DNA of 52,937 bases, taken from assembly GCA_016873195.1 (NCBI GenBank), contig VGXW01000003.1, positions 1-52,937 of the forward strand, given 5' to 3'. Under the pieces are notes generated by a model. The model made no database searches. It worked only from the letters and a program-made list of their open reading frames with translations, and had not been told where the DNA came from. Positions 1-9,879 of the stretch are shown piece by piece (within the stretch, counting starts at the first letter, position 1; the number at the start of each line of letters is the position of its first letter). This DNA is from Planctomycetota bacterium. Lineage in GTDB: Bacteria > Planctomycetota > UBA1135 > UBA2386. The position numbers and the translations under genes were made by a program.

Positions 1-340
1 CGCTGGTCGAACGGTGGCCGAGCGGATGGTTGTGCGTGATCGTGCGCGCGGTCTCGGCGATCGAGCAGTAGCGTCCGACGGTCGTGCCGGCGTCGAGGTG
101 GAACGGCCAGATCCAGCCGCCGTGCGTGTAGAGCCCGACCTCGACGTCGAACTGCTCGCGGAAGATGCGCCGCAAGGTCAGCGAGCAGACGCTGCCGCCC
201 TCGAGCTTGTGCAGGAGCCAGCGCAGCAGGCGCTTCCACTGCCACGACGGCAACCAGTAGAGCCGGTAGAGCAGCGCGCTGAGCACCGGCACGGCGCGCG
301 GCCGCAGCTTCGCCAGCGCCTTCGGGGTCGGCGCGGTCAT
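1..340 (-). CDS. CatB/Vat-like O-acetyltransferase (hexapeptide-repeat family), runs off the window edge
   Basis: Manual translation from ATG at 340, overlapping the nadE stop (ATGA): MTAPTPKALAKL...EVGLYTHGG...TTVGRYCSIAETARTITHNHPLGHRSTS. The VGRYCSIA...NHP...ST pattern is typical of this family. Not in the ORF track. Confidence 0.75.
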   Translation of the reverse strand, partial: MTAPTPKALAKLRPRAVPVLSALLYRLYWLPSWQWKRLLRWLLHKLEGGSVCSLTLRRIFREQFDVEVGLYTHGGWIWPFHLDAGTTVGRYCSIAETARTITHNHPLGHRSTS

Positions 341-1341
341 GCCACGTCCTCGACGAGCAGGGCGGCGCGGTGCAGCCGGGCGGCCACGTGGCGCTTGCGC
401 TCGATGTCGGCGAAGCCGCGCTCGACCTGGTCCGCGCGCAGGCCCATGGCCGCGGCGACCTCGGCCGGCGGCACCGCGTGCCGGTGCGCCCACAGCAGCA
501 GGTCCAGTTCCTGGTAGGGCAGCGCGAAGTAGAACTCCTGCTGCGTCTGCGGCAGGCTGTAGGTCTCGGTGCTCGGCGTCGCCTCGCGGATCGCGCGCGG
601 CACGCCGAGGTGCTCCGCCAGCGCGAAGACCTGCGTCTTGTACAGGTGCGCGATCGGCTTCAGGTCGGCGAGCCCGTCGCCGCCGCGCACGAAGAAGCCC
701 AGCTCGTACTCGAGCCGGTTCGGCGTGCCGATCACCGCGTAGTTGCGGCGTTCGGCCGCGTGGTACTCGAGCAGCTTGCGGGCGCGCTGCTTCATGTTCG
801 TCGCGGCGACGAGCTGCAGGTAGGCGTCGAGCGGCAGCCGCGCGCGCTGCTCGGCGCCGTCCGGCCGTTCGACGACGAGGTCGAACACGTTGGCGCGGTC
901 GCGGTCGAGCACGCCGCCGGCGATCGCGATCTTGTAGCGGTCGCCGGGCCGGTAGGCGGGGAACACCGAGGCGATCGCGGCGTCGCGGTGGCGGTAGCAG
1001 CCGAGCGGCTCGAGCGCGGCGGCGATGTCGACCTCCTCGAGGGCCACGCCGAGGCCGGCGCAGAGCTCCTGCGCGCGCTCGCGGCTGGACGGCGTCGAGT
1101 TGCGGCCGGGCAGGAACAGCGCGTGCACGCGTTCGCTGCCGAGCGCTCGCTGGCACAGCGCTGCGCAGACGGCGGAATCGACGCCGCCGCTGGTGGCGAC
1201 GACCGCGCCGCGCCGCTGCAGGTCGCGCGCGATGGTCGTGCGCAGCCACTCCTGGATGCGCGCGGCGGCCGCGGCGGGGTCGAGCGCGAGCACCTCGCGC
1301 GAGAACGGCGGTCGCCCGCCGGACACGGGATGGGGGGTCAT
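337..1341 (-). CDS. nadE: NH3-dependent NAD+ synthetase-like protein (glycan-cluster-associated NadE subfamily)
   Basis: SGGVDSAV PP-loop, ATNMKQRAR, GTPNRLEYELGFFVRGGDG, KPIAHLYKTQV. Start MTPHPVS at 1341 overlaps the asnB stop (ATGA). Confidence 0.85.
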   Translation of the reverse strand: MTPHPVSGGRPPFSREVLALDPAAAAARIQEWLRTTIARDLQRRGAVVATSGGVDSAVCAALCQRALGSERVHALFLPGRNSTPSSRERAQELCAGLGVALEEVDIAAALEPLGCYRHRDAAIASVFPAYRPGDRYKIAIAGGVLDRDRANVFDLVVERPDGAEQRARLPLDAYLQLVAATNMKQRARKLLEYHAAERRNYAVIGTPNRLEYELGFFVRGGDGLADLKPIAHLYKTQVFALAEHLGVPRAIREATPSTETYSLPQTQQEFYFALPYQELDLLLWAHRHAVPPAEVAAAMGLRADQVERGFADIERKRHVAARLHRAALLVEDVA

Positions 1342-3353
1342 GGGGTCTGCCTCACGGGAGCGTCGGGGGCGGCGGCGTCGATGCACACGGTCGGGGCGGG
1401 CGCGAGCCGCCGCAGCGCGGCGGCGGCCCGGGCGGCGAAACCGCCGGCGAACTGGTCGGCGAGCAGCTGCAGCGTCGCGATGCCGGTGACGGCCATCGCC
1501 TCGCGTTCGGTGACCAGCCGGCCGCCGCTGGCGCGCGCCTTGGCGAGCAGTGCCGCGGCGGCCGTGCCGTCGAGCAGGGGGTTCCGGCGCAGGCGCTCGG
1601 GGCGCAGCAGTTCGGCGAGACCATCGGCCGGTCCTTCGGCGAGCAGCGCCGAAGCGGTCGGCGCGCGGTAGGGCTGCTTCTTGCGCCGCCAGACGTCCGC
1701 GGGCAGGAGCCGTGCGCCGAGGGCGCGCAGCACCAGCTTGTTGCGCAGGCCGCGCAGTTTGCGCGCGTCGGGCAGCGCGGCGCACAGGTCGACGACGGCC
1801 GGGTCGAGGAACGGGTAGCGCGCCTCGACGCCGTGGCCCAGTGCCACGCGGTCGCCCTGCGCGCCGAGCAGGTAGGGCGACAGGAACGACGCGATCTCGA
1901 GCGCCTGGGCGCGGCACAGCGGGCTACCGCGCGCGAAGTCCGCGGGCAGCAGCGCCTCGACCGCCGCACCGGGATCGCTGCCGGCCGCCGCGCGCAGGTC
2001 CGGGGCCAGGAAGCGCGCCGTCCACGCGTTGTTGCGCCAGCGGATCGCGTGCGAGTAGTGCGGGTGGCCCACGTCCTGCAGGCCCGCGGCGTAGAACGCC
2101 TGCCACATGGCACCGCTGCGCTGGTCGCTGCTGCCGACGAACTCGTGCACGCGCTGGAACAGCGCTGGCCGCACCGTCGAGCCGGGCGCGCGCGCCCAGA
2201 ACCGCCGCACGCGGTCCTCCTGGAAGATGCTGTAGCCGCCGAGCAGTTCGTCGGCGCCTTCGCCGGTCAGCACCGCCTTGATCCCGGTGCGCGCGACCAG
2301 CCCCGACAGCAGGAACATCGGCACCGGCGCCGTGCGCAGCAGCGGCGTCTCGCAGTGCCAGACGACCTCGGCGAGATTGGCGCGCACGTCCGCCTCGCTG
2401 CAGAGCACCTCGTGGTGCTGCGTGCCGAGCCACGCGGCGACGCGGCGTTGGGCCGCGGTCTCGTCGTAGGCCGGATCGGTGAAACGCAGCGAGAACGTGT
2501 GCAGCGCGCTCGCGCGGGGCGCCGCGAGCGCCGTGATCACCGACGAGTCGAGGCCGCCGCTCAGGTAGGTCGCGACGGGCACGTCGGCGACGAGCCGCGT
2601 CGCGACGGCGCGGTCGAGCTCCGCCGCGAGCGCGTCCACGTCGGCGGCGAACGAACCGGCGCCGGCCCCCGGGCGCAGTTCCGGCCGCCACCACGTGGTG
2701 CGCCGGGCCGCGAGGTCGCGGTCGAACCGGACCGCCTCGCCGGGGCGCACGCTCTGCACGCCGGCGAACACGGTGCGCGGCGCCGGCGCCGCCCACAGCG
2801 TGAACGCCGCCACGAGGCCGGCGGCGTCGAAGGTCACCGGCACGTGCCCGCTGGCGAGCAGCGCCTTGACCTCGGAGCCGAACACCACGCCTTCGGGTCG
2901 CTCGGCGTAGAACAGCGGCAGGATGCCGAGCCGGTCCCGCACGAGCCACAGCTGCCCGGTCCGCGCGTCGTAGAGCGCGAACGCGAACTGCCCGTCGAGC
3001 CGGGGCCAGGCGCCCTCGCCCCACTGCTCGTAGGCGTGCACGATCACCTCGATGTCGCAGCGGGTGCGGAACACGTGGCCGGCCCGCCGCAGTTCGTCGC
3101 GCAGCGCGAGGTGGCCGAAGATCTCGCCGTTGCCGACCACGAGCACGCTGCCGTCCTCGTTCGCCAGCGGCTGGTGGCCGCCCTGCAGGTCGAGCAGCGA
3201 CAGCCGCGCGTGCGCGAGGCCGACGCGGCCGTCGCGGTAGAGCCCGTGGCCGTCGGGGCCGCGGTGCGCCAGCACGGAGACCATGCGCCGGAGCACGTCG
3301 AACTGCGGTGGGCCGTTGCCCGGGGCAAGGCCCATGCCTGCGATGCCACACAT
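1338..3353 (-). CDS. asnB: Asparagine synthase (glutamine-hydrolysing)-like amidotransferase
   Basis: N-terminal MCGIAG (Ntn Cys), HRGPDG, RDRLGILPL, YLSGGLDSS, LTGEGADELLGGY, EARYPFLD. Confidence 0.93.
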   Translation of the reverse strand: MCGIAGMGLAPGNGPPQFDVLRRMVSVLAHRGPDGHGLYRDGRVGLAHARLSLLDLQGGHQPLANEDGSVLVVGNGEIFGHLALRDELRRAGHVFRTRCDIEVIVHAYEQWGEGAWPRLDGQFAFALYDARTGQLWLVRDRLGILPLFYAERPEGVVFGSEVKALLASGHVPVTFDAAGLVAAFTLWAAPAPRTVFAGVQSVRPGEAVRFDRDLAARRTTWWRPELRPGAGAGSFAADVDALAAELDRAVATRLVADVPVATYLSGGLDSSVITALAAPRASALHTFSLRFTDPAYDETAAQRRVAAWLGTQHHEVLCSEADVRANLAEVVWHCETPLLRTAPVPMFLLSGLVARTGIKAVLTGEGADELLGGYSIFQEDRVRRFWARAPGSTVRPALFQRVHEFVGSSDQRSGAMWQAFYAAGLQDVGHPHYSHAIRWRNNAWTARFLAPDLRAAAGSDPGAAVEALLPADFARGSPLCRAQALEIASFLSPYLLGAQGDRVALGHGVEARYPFLDPAVVDLCAALPDARKLRGLRNKLVLRALGARLLPADVWRRKKQPYRAPTASALLAEGPADGLAELLRPERLRRNPLLDGTAAAALLAKARASGGRLVTEREAMAVTGIATLQLLADQFAGGFAARAAAALRRLAPAPTVCIDAAAPDAPVRQTP

Positions 3354-3476
3354 CGGTCGGTCTGCAGGGGGCGGGAGTCAGGACGACAGCTCGAGCCATC
3401 GTCGATCGAGGCGACCGCACTGTAACCGCGGCAGCGCTCGTTGCGGCATGGGCATCCGCGGCGGCAAGGGGGCGCT

Positions 3477-4775
3477 TCAGCCGGCCTCGCCGGGCCGGCG
3501 CGCGCCGCCGAGGCGGCGCAGGAACGCGGCGAGTTCACCCGCGAGGTGGCTGCGTTCGAAGCGCGCGAGGTCCGGCGACCACGCGGGCTCGCGGAACCCG
3601 CCGCGCCGCCACGCCGCGTGCAGCGCTTCGATCCGGCCGGCGAGGCCCGCCTCGTCGCACGGCTCGGCGACGAAGCCGCGCGGCGAGGCGGCGACGAAGT
3701 CGCGCGCGTCGCCTTGCGGCAGGCCGGCGAGCACCGGCCGGCCCGAGGCCAGGTACTCGTAGGTCTTGCCGGGCACGATGCGCGACCGGTGGCCCGGCGG
3801 CAGCCCGTGCAGCGTCAGGAACAGCGCGTCGGCACCGCGCACCGCGGCGATCAGTTCCCGGTGCGGGCGGTAGGGCACGAGGTCCACCGCGTCGGCGACG
3901 CCCGACTCGCGCACGCAGCGCTCGAGCGGCGGGTCGATCGAGCCGATGCAGCGGAACCGCACCTCGCGCCCGGCCGCGGTCCCGCGCGCGCGCAGCGCGC
4001 GCAGCGCCGCGAGCAGGTGCCGCGGCGTCCGGCCGCTCGGCACGATCGGCTCGGCGCGGTGGCGCACGAACCCGAGCCAGCGCCGCAGCGGGCGCTCGTG
4101 CGCGTAGAGTTCCTCGCACAGGAACGAGCCCGCGTGCAGCAGCACGAGCTGCTCGCCCGGCTCGACGCGCGGTGCCGGCGGCGCGAACTCGGACGCGTCC
4201 CAGCCGTTCGTGATCGCGACGACGGCTTCGGGATGCAGCGAGGGTTCGGTGCGCAGGAACAGTTCGCGGCACTCGGGCGTGTTGGCGACCACGCCGTCGA
4301 CGCTGCGCAGCATCGTGCGCATCGCCGCGAGGGCGCGCCGCCAGTGCCAGTACGTGCGGTAGTCCAGCACGCCGTCGAGCGCCCACGGATCGCGCAGGTC
4401 GACGGCGACGGGGATCCCGTGCCGTGCGCCGAGCGCGTGCGCCGCCTGCCACAGCGGCCACGGCGAGACCGTCGCGAGGATCGCGTCGGGGCGGTCCGCC
4501 ACGATCGCCTGCGAGCCGGCCGGCCCCATCGCCGCGGCGACCGCGTCGATGCCGGCCGCGCCGGCCGGCGTGCGCACGATCGTGCAGTGCCGTTCGACCT
4601 CGGCGAGGGCCGCCGCGTCCTCGGGGTCGTAGCGGCTGCGCTGCGGCGGCGGCGAGCGCGTCAGCACCGTGCAGCGCACGCCGTGCGCCGGCAGGTGCCG
4701 CGCGAACGAGATCGGCCGCTGGGCGCCGGGGCCGCCGTCGGGCGGGAAGTAGTAGGCGAGCAGCAGCAGGTGCAT
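3477..4775 (-). CDS. Glycosyltransferase family 4 (GT-B)
   Basis: MHLLLLAYYFPPDGGPGAQR, DLRDPW, ITNGWD, PGKTYEYLASGRPVLA. Start could be 4799. Confidence 0.88.
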   Translation of the reverse strand: MHLLLLAYYFPPDGGPGAQRPISFARHLPAHGVRCTVLTRSPPPQRSRYDPEDAAALAEVERHCTIVRTPAGAAGIDAVAAAMGPAGSQAIVADRPDAILATVSPWPLWQAAHALGARHGIPVAVDLRDPWALDGVLDYRTYWHWRRALAAMRTMLRSVDGVVANTPECRELFLRTEPSLHPEAVVAITNGWDASEFAPPAPRVEPGEQLVLLHAGSFLCEELYAHERPLRRWLGFVRHRAEPIVPSGRTPRHLLAALRALRARGTAAGREVRFRCIGSIDPPLERCVRESGVADAVDLVPYRPHRELIAAVRGADALFLTLHGLPPGHRSRIVPGKTYEYLASGRPVLAGLPQGDARDFVAASPRGFVAEPCDEAGLAGRIEALHAAWRRGGFREPAWSPDLARFERSHLAGELAAFLRRLGGARRPGEAG

Positions 4776-4869
4776 GGTCGGTGCGGGGAACTCTGGCACA
4801 GGATCGCCGCCCGGGGCCGCCGGGCGAAGCGGAGTGCCCGCAAAACCGCGGCGGCCGGGCCGCCGGCGG

Positions 4870-6459
4870 TCACAGGTCGCCGACGCGCAGCTCGAGCCCG
4901 TTCGACGCGATCGCGCCGAGCGGCGTCAGGTTCGCCTGCGGGGCGAAGACGGCCGCCTGCGCCAGCAGCGTGACGCCGATCAGGACCGGCACCTGCAGCG
5001 GCAGCGAATGGCTCGTCGCGGGGGCCACGAACAACAGCGTCGCCAGGCCGTCGGTGTAGCGCGTGCAGCCCGGCATGCCGATGCCGGCGAGGCCGAGGGC
5101 GGGGTTGCCGAGGCCGAGCAGCACGGCGCCGAACGGCGTGCCGGCCGGGATCTCGCCGGCCAGCAGCTGGATCGTCGTGCCGGCGACCGGCCGCGCGGAG
5201 GCGGCCAGCGCCAGCGGCCGCAGGTCGGCGCCCGGCACGGTGAAGCTGCCCGGCACGGCCGCGGAGAGGTCGATGCCGCCCGGATCGAGCGTCGCGCTGC
5301 CCGGCGACCAGCCGACCAGGTGCGCGTCGCCGTAGGCGCTGCCGCCGAGGGGGTCGATGCCGCGGAACACGAAGTGCACGGCGCCGGTCGCCAGCACGAA
5401 CTGCAGCTGGAACGTGCTCGGCGCGGTGCCGGCCCCGGTCCCGGAGTAGCCGAAGACGCCGTCCCAGGTCACGACCGCCCTGCCCGCGGCCTCCTCGGTC
5501 TTCACCTGGCCGCTGCCGGGGAACGTCGGGTTGTAGTCGTGCCAGCACGCGTAGACCGTCTGCGCCATCGCGAGCAGTCCCGCCGCCGTGGGCTGATACC
5601 CCGATCCGTTGCCGTTCGCCATCGAGACGAAGCCGTTCGAGCACACGACCAGCGACGAGGTGCTGCCGCCGGGATACGGGAACGGCGCCGACAGCGTGAC
5701 CGAGGTCTGTCCGTCGTCGCCGAGCGGCAGCACCGCCGCACCCGCCGACGGCGGCAGGTAGGCCGCCTGCAGCGGGCCGACCGCGTAGCCGCCGTTCTGC
5801 GGCTGCAGCGTGAAGCCGCCCATCGACAGGTCGAACGAGGCTGCGGTCGGGAACAGCTCGTAGAAGGTCGCCGGCGCGGCGACGCACCCGGCACCGTAGG
5901 TCGCGCTCGACGCGATCGTGCCCGGCGTCGCGATCGTGTAGTGCAGGCTGCCGTTCCACACGCGCGGGTTGTTCACCGCGCCCGTGAAGATGCCTCCCGA
6001 GGCCCCGCACTGCAGCGTCAGTTCCGTGCGCGCGTAGACCTGGTTGCCGCCGTTGCCGTTCGTGTAGCAGGGGCCCAGCGTGCCGCGGTAGACGATCGCG
6101 ACGCCGAGGCTGCCGGCCGGCAGCACGAACGGCGTCACCATCGGTGCCGGGGCCGGCGTGCCCTCGGGCTGCGCGTTCACGAGCGCCGAACTGCCGCGCA
6201 GGGTCCAGGCCGCGGGGTTCGTGTCCTTGCCGACCCAGGTTGCCGGCGCGGTCCAGAACTCCACCGCGCTGGCGCCGAGACCCTGGAAGCAGTTGACGTC
6301 GACCTGGTGGATCGTGATCGGCACCGCGACGGCGACGTCGAAGTAGACCGCGCTGTCGCCGGGCAGGCCGTTGCCGCCCAGGTACGTCGTCGTCAGCGGG
6401 GACTGCGCCGGGGCGGCGGCGGCCACCGCCAGGAGGACCAGGACGGACAGGGAACGCAT
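4870..6459 (-). CDS. Secreted hypothetical protein with shared C-terminal domain
   Basis: Signal peptide MRSLSVLVLLAVAAAAPA-Q. Internal LGDD...LSAPFPYPGGSTSSLVVCSNGFV (nidogen-like) segment. C-terminus GMPGC...LLAQ...SNGLELRVG. Confidence 0.8.
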   Translation of the reverse strand: MRSLSVLVLLAVAAAAPAQSPLTTTYLGGNGLPGDSAVYFDVAVAVPITIHQVDVNCFQGLGASAVEFWTAPATWVGKDTNPAAWTLRGSSALVNAQPEGTPAPAPMVTPFVLPAGSLGVAIVYRGTLGPCYTNGNGGNQVYARTELTLQCGASGGIFTGAVNNPRVWNGSLHYTIATPGTIASSATYGAGCVAAPATFYELFPTAASFDLSMGGFTLQPQNGGYAVGPLQAAYLPPSAGAAVLPLGDDGQTSVTLSAPFPYPGGSTSSLVVCSNGFVSMANGNGSGYQPTAAGLLAMAQTVYACWHDYNPTFPGSGQVKTEEAAGRAVVTWDGVFGYSGTGAGTAPSTFQLQFVLATGAVHFVFRGIDPLGGSAYGDAHLVGWSPGSATLDPGGIDLSAAVPGSFTVPGADLRPLALAASARPVAGTTIQLLAGEIPAGTPFGAVLLGLGNPALGLAGIGMPGCTRYTDGLATLLFVAPATSHSLPLQVPVLIGVTLLAQAAVFAPQANLTPLGAIASNGLELRVGDL

Positions 6460-6495
6460 GGGGCCGGACAGCCTACCACCCGCGCGCGCTGGCCG

Positions 6496-7233
6496 TCAGC
6501 CGGACCGGGACCGCGCCGCGGCGGCCGCGCGCGACGCGGTGCCGGCCGCCGTTGCCGTGGGCAGTTCGAGCAGCCGGCCGTCCGCGCCGACCGGCCCGAC
6601 GGCGACGAGCGTCTCGGGCCAGAACGTCACGCGCGGATTCACCACCAGCGAATCGGGGAACAGCCGCCGCAGCTGGCGCGCACCCAGCAGGTGCACGTCC
6701 GAGTAGTCGTTGCCCGGCTGGTAGCGCCGGTGCACGTGGTTGTAGGCCCACAGCCGCGCGACCCGGTGCATCCAGCGCGGCGGCAGCCAGGAGATCAGCG
6801 GCACGCGGGCGTGGAACTCGAACGGATACCAGCGGTTCGGCGTGGTCAGGAACCAGCGCTTGCCGACGCGGCGCACCTCGGCGGCCATGCGCGCCTGCGC
6901 GGCGAAGTCGCCGACGTGCTCGATCACCGCGTTGCTGTAGACGAGGTCGAACGACCGGTCGGCGAACGGCAGCTCGCGCGCGTCGGCGACCTGCGTGCGC
7001 ACGCCGGGGAACGCCGCGCGGATCGCCTGCAGATGCTGCGGCAGGATGTTGACCGCGGTGATGCGGCCCTGGTCCGGGAACCGTTCGAGGAGCTGGCGCG
7101 ACTGCGCGTCGACCTGGCTGCCGATGTCGAGGACCAGCTCGTCGCCGGTCAGCGGCAGGTGGCGCTGCAGCAGCTCCATCTTGATGCGGCGCGAGCGCTG
7201 CGACAGCCGTTCGAACAACGCGGTGACGGGCAT
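6496..7233 (-). CDS. Class I SAM-dependent methyltransferase
   Basis: VLDIGS motif I, ADARELPFADRSFDLVYSNAVIEHV, TTPNRWYPFEFH. Confidence 0.88.
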   Translation of the reverse strand: MPVTALFERLSQRSRRIKMELLQRHLPLTGDELVLDIGSQVDAQSRQLLERFPDQGRITAVNILPQHLQAIRAAFPGVRTQVADARELPFADRSFDLVYSNAVIEHVGDFAAQARMAAEVRRVGKRWFLTTPNRWYPFEFHARVPLISWLPPRWMHRVARLWAYNHVHRRYQPGNDYSDVHLLGARQLRRLFPDSLVVNPRVTFWPETLVAVGPVGADGRLLELPTATAAGTASRAAAAARSRSG

Positions 7234-7325
7234 GGGGCCGCGCAGCATAGCGCGGGCCGCGCGGTCGCGGGCGGCGGCGCGCGCTGCTGCGGACCCGGGC
7301 GCGGTGAACGGGTATCGTCCCGCGC

Positions 7326-8126
7326 ATGCTCGTCCGGACGCTGCTGTCGTCGTTCGCCTGCGGATTGCTGTGCCTGGCCGGCCCCGCGGCCCTGCCCGCG
7401 CAGGGCAAGCCGAAGGTGGCCGAGCCCAAGGTCGAGAAGCCGAAGGCCGGCAAGCCCGCTGGTCCGGTGAAGGAGGATCCGCTGACGGCGAAGGACCCGG
7501 TCGTCGTGGCGCTCGACAAGTTCCGCAAGGACAAGGTCTCGACGAAACGCGCCGACTGGAAGACGGCGCTGCCCGCTCCGCCGCTGCAGACCTTCGACGG
7601 CAAGCGCGACTACCGCTGGCACGTCGAGACGGACAAGGGCACGTTGACCGTGCTGCTGCTGCCCGAGGCGGCGCCGATGCACGTGACCTCGGTGATCTAC
7701 CTCGCGCGCTGCGGCTTCTACGACGGGCTCGGGTTCCCGCGCATCCTGAAGGGGTTCATGGCGCAGGGCGGCAGTCCGACGAACACGACGTCGGGCAACG
7801 CGGGCTACACCATGGACGGCGAGTTCCTCACCGGCGCGAAGCACGACCGCGAAGGCACGCTGAGCGCGGCGAACTCGGGCCAGCCGAACACCGACGGCTC
7901 GCAGTTCTTCCTGACCTTCGTGCCGACGCCGCACCTCGACGGCAAGCACACGGTGCACGGCTACGTGACCGAAGGACTCGAGGTGCTGCGCGCGATCGAG
8001 GCCTGCGGGACCGACCAGGACGGGCAGGCGCCGCGCGAGTCCGTGACGATCGTGCGCACGTGGATCACCGTGGCGCCGAAACCGCCGGCGGCGCCGGGCG
8101 TGGGCGACGGGCAGACCGGCCGCTGA
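7326..8126 (+). CDS. Secreted cyclophilin-type peptidyl-prolyl cis-trans isomerase
   Basis: GFYDGLGFPRILKGFMAQGG, LSAANSGQPNTDGSQFF, HLDGKHTVHG. N-terminal signal peptide. Confidence 0.93.
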   Translation: MLVRTLLSSFACGLLCLAGPAALPAQGKPKVAEPKVEKPKAGKPAGPVKEDPLTAKDPVVVALDKFRKDKVSTKRADWKTALPAPPLQTFDGKRDYRWHVETDKGTLTVLLLPEAAPMHVTSVIYLARCGFYDGLGFPRILKGFMAQGGSPTNTTSGNAGYTMDGEFLTGAKHDREGTLSAANSGQPNTDGSQFFLTFVPTPHLDGKHTVHGYVTEGLEVLRAIEACGTDQDGQAPRESVTIVRTWITVAPKPPAAPGVGDGQTGR

Positions 8127-8153
8127 ACCAGGCGCTCTCTGCGGGCCCGCGGC

Positions 8154-9731
8154 CTATCGCGCCGGCGCGACGCGGAACACCACGTGCTGCTCCTGCCCGT
8201 CGACCGCGGCGCGCGGCGCGTTCGCCTGCAGGTGCAGGAAGCGCCGGCCGGCAAAGCGCTCGAGCACCGCGTGCGCCATCGCGAACGGCAACACCTCGCC
8301 GCCGGCCCCGGTCGCCGCGGCCTCGGCGCGCACGGCCGTGCAGCCGGCGGGCAGCAGCCCGTCGACGGCAACGCGCACCGGCACGCAGGCGCCGCGCTCG
8401 CGGTCGGTGCCGTACATGTCCCACGCGCGCGCGTGGAAACCCTGCGCCCAGTCGACGCGCACCGTGAACGCGCCGCCCCCGGTCCGCTCGACCGCGACCT
8501 GCTCGCGCGGATCCCGCGTCGCCGCGAACGGCCGTAGCGTCGGATCGCCGAGCAGCACGCGGTTGGCGCCGCCGCCCTGCATCACGTGTTCGCCGCGGTC
8601 GACGAACTTCCCGCCCTCGACGAGGTCGAGGCGCAGCGGGCCCCGCGCGGCGAGCAGCACGTCGTCCCACGACGACTTCACGGCCTCGCCGAGACTCGCA
8701 CCCTCGCGCAGCGCGAACTCCGATTCGCGCATCGCCGACATGCCGTGGTTGGGCCCGACCGGCGCCAGCAGCGCCACGGCGCCGGCGTCGAGGAACGACA
8801 GGCCGAGGCTCTGGTCCAGCGGCAGCAGGTGCACGGTGCCGCGCTCGGCGCGGCCGAACGTGGAGACGATGTCGCCCTCGAGCACCACGCGGTGCGTCGC
8901 CGCGGCATGGCACGTGCCGCTCCAGACGATGGTGCCGGGCAGCTGCATCGTGCGCACGTCGGCCGCGAGCAGGCGCGGCATCGCGCCGCCCGGATCCTGG
9001 CCGACCTTGCCGGGCTCGTAGTCCCAGTGCTTCTCGCGCTGGAGGTTGCGGTCGCCGTCGAACAGCCAGATGCCCTGCGGGTCGCCGTTGCCGCTCCACT
9101 CGAGCACGTTCGCCTGCGCGAGCTGCGGCAGCGCCCGGCGCACGAACGCGCGCACATCGGGATCCTGCTCGACGATGCCGAAGTAGTACGAGTCGCCCGC
9201 GAAGCCGGCCGCGCGCTCGAGCTCGGAGCGGTGGCCGCGGTAGATCGTCGACTGCATGCCCGAGGCGACGCCAGCACTGTGCCAGATCCGCCCGCGCAGG
9301 CCCTGCCGGTGCAGCTCCTCGGTGCGCGCCCAGAGGGCCGCGAGCGCCTTGCCGTCGCGCGCGGTCAGGTAGCCGAACGCGGCGTCGGCGCACGGGTCGT
9401 CGTCGAGGCCGGCGAGCGCGAGCAGGATGCGGCGGTGCAGCGTCACGTCGAAGCGCTCGGGACGCACGAAGAACAGCACCGCGGGCGGGCTGCCGTGCCC
9501 GAGCAGGCGGGTGCGCAGCGCGGCGTCGTCCGTGCCGTCCCAGGCGAGCTGCGGGGCGCCGTGGAACTTCGCTGCGGCCTTCGCGACGGCGAGGAAGTCG
9601 CGGTCCCCGGCGTCGGCGGCATCGAGCGCGATGGTCACGACCGCGGCGCGCGGCGCGGCGGGCGGCGGGGGAGTTGCCGGCGGCACCTGCGGCAGGGGTG
9701 CTTGCAGCAACGCGGCGAACTGGAGGAGCAT
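8154..9731 (-). CDS. Hypothetical protein with a gingipain/C25 (caspase-fold)-like domain
   Basis: FGYLTARD, WSGNGDP, WSGTCH, SLGLSFLDAGAVALLA, GASLGEA, LLGDP pattern resembles C25/CHAT-type domains. Confidence 0.55.
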   Translation of the reverse strand: MLLQFAALLQAPLPQVPPATPPPPAAPRAAVVTIALDAADAGDRDFLAVAKAAAKFHGAPQLAWDGTDDAALRTRLLGHGSPPAVLFFVRPERFDVTLHRRILLALAGLDDDPCADAAFGYLTARDGKALAALWARTEELHRQGLRGRIWHSAGVASGMQSTIYRGHRSELERAAGFAGDSYYFGIVEQDPDVRAFVRRALPQLAQANVLEWSGNGDPQGIWLFDGDRNLQREKHWDYEPGKVGQDPGGAMPRLLAADVRTMQLPGTIVWSGTCHAAATHRVVLEGDIVSTFGRAERGTVHLLPLDQSLGLSFLDAGAVALLAPVGPNHGMSAMRESEFALREGASLGEAVKSSWDDVLLAARGPLRLDLVEGGKFVDRGEHVMQGGGANRVLLGDPTLRPFAATRDPREQVAVERTGGGAFTVRVDWAQGFHARAWDMYGTDRERGACVPVRVAVDGLLPAGCTAVRAEAAATGAGGEVLPFAMAHAVLERFAGRRFLHLQANAPRAAVDGQEQHVVFRVAPAR

Positions 9732-9879
9732 GGTGGGAAGAGGGCAGGGTCCGCGGGGCCTTCCGGACCAGAGAGGCGGTCCCCGGCCATGGTCCACGCG
9801 CGCGGACGCGGGTCAACCGGCGCTTCCTGGCTCGGCGAGCGCGAACTCGGGAGGAAGCGGCGCGGCGGGGGGGAGAACC

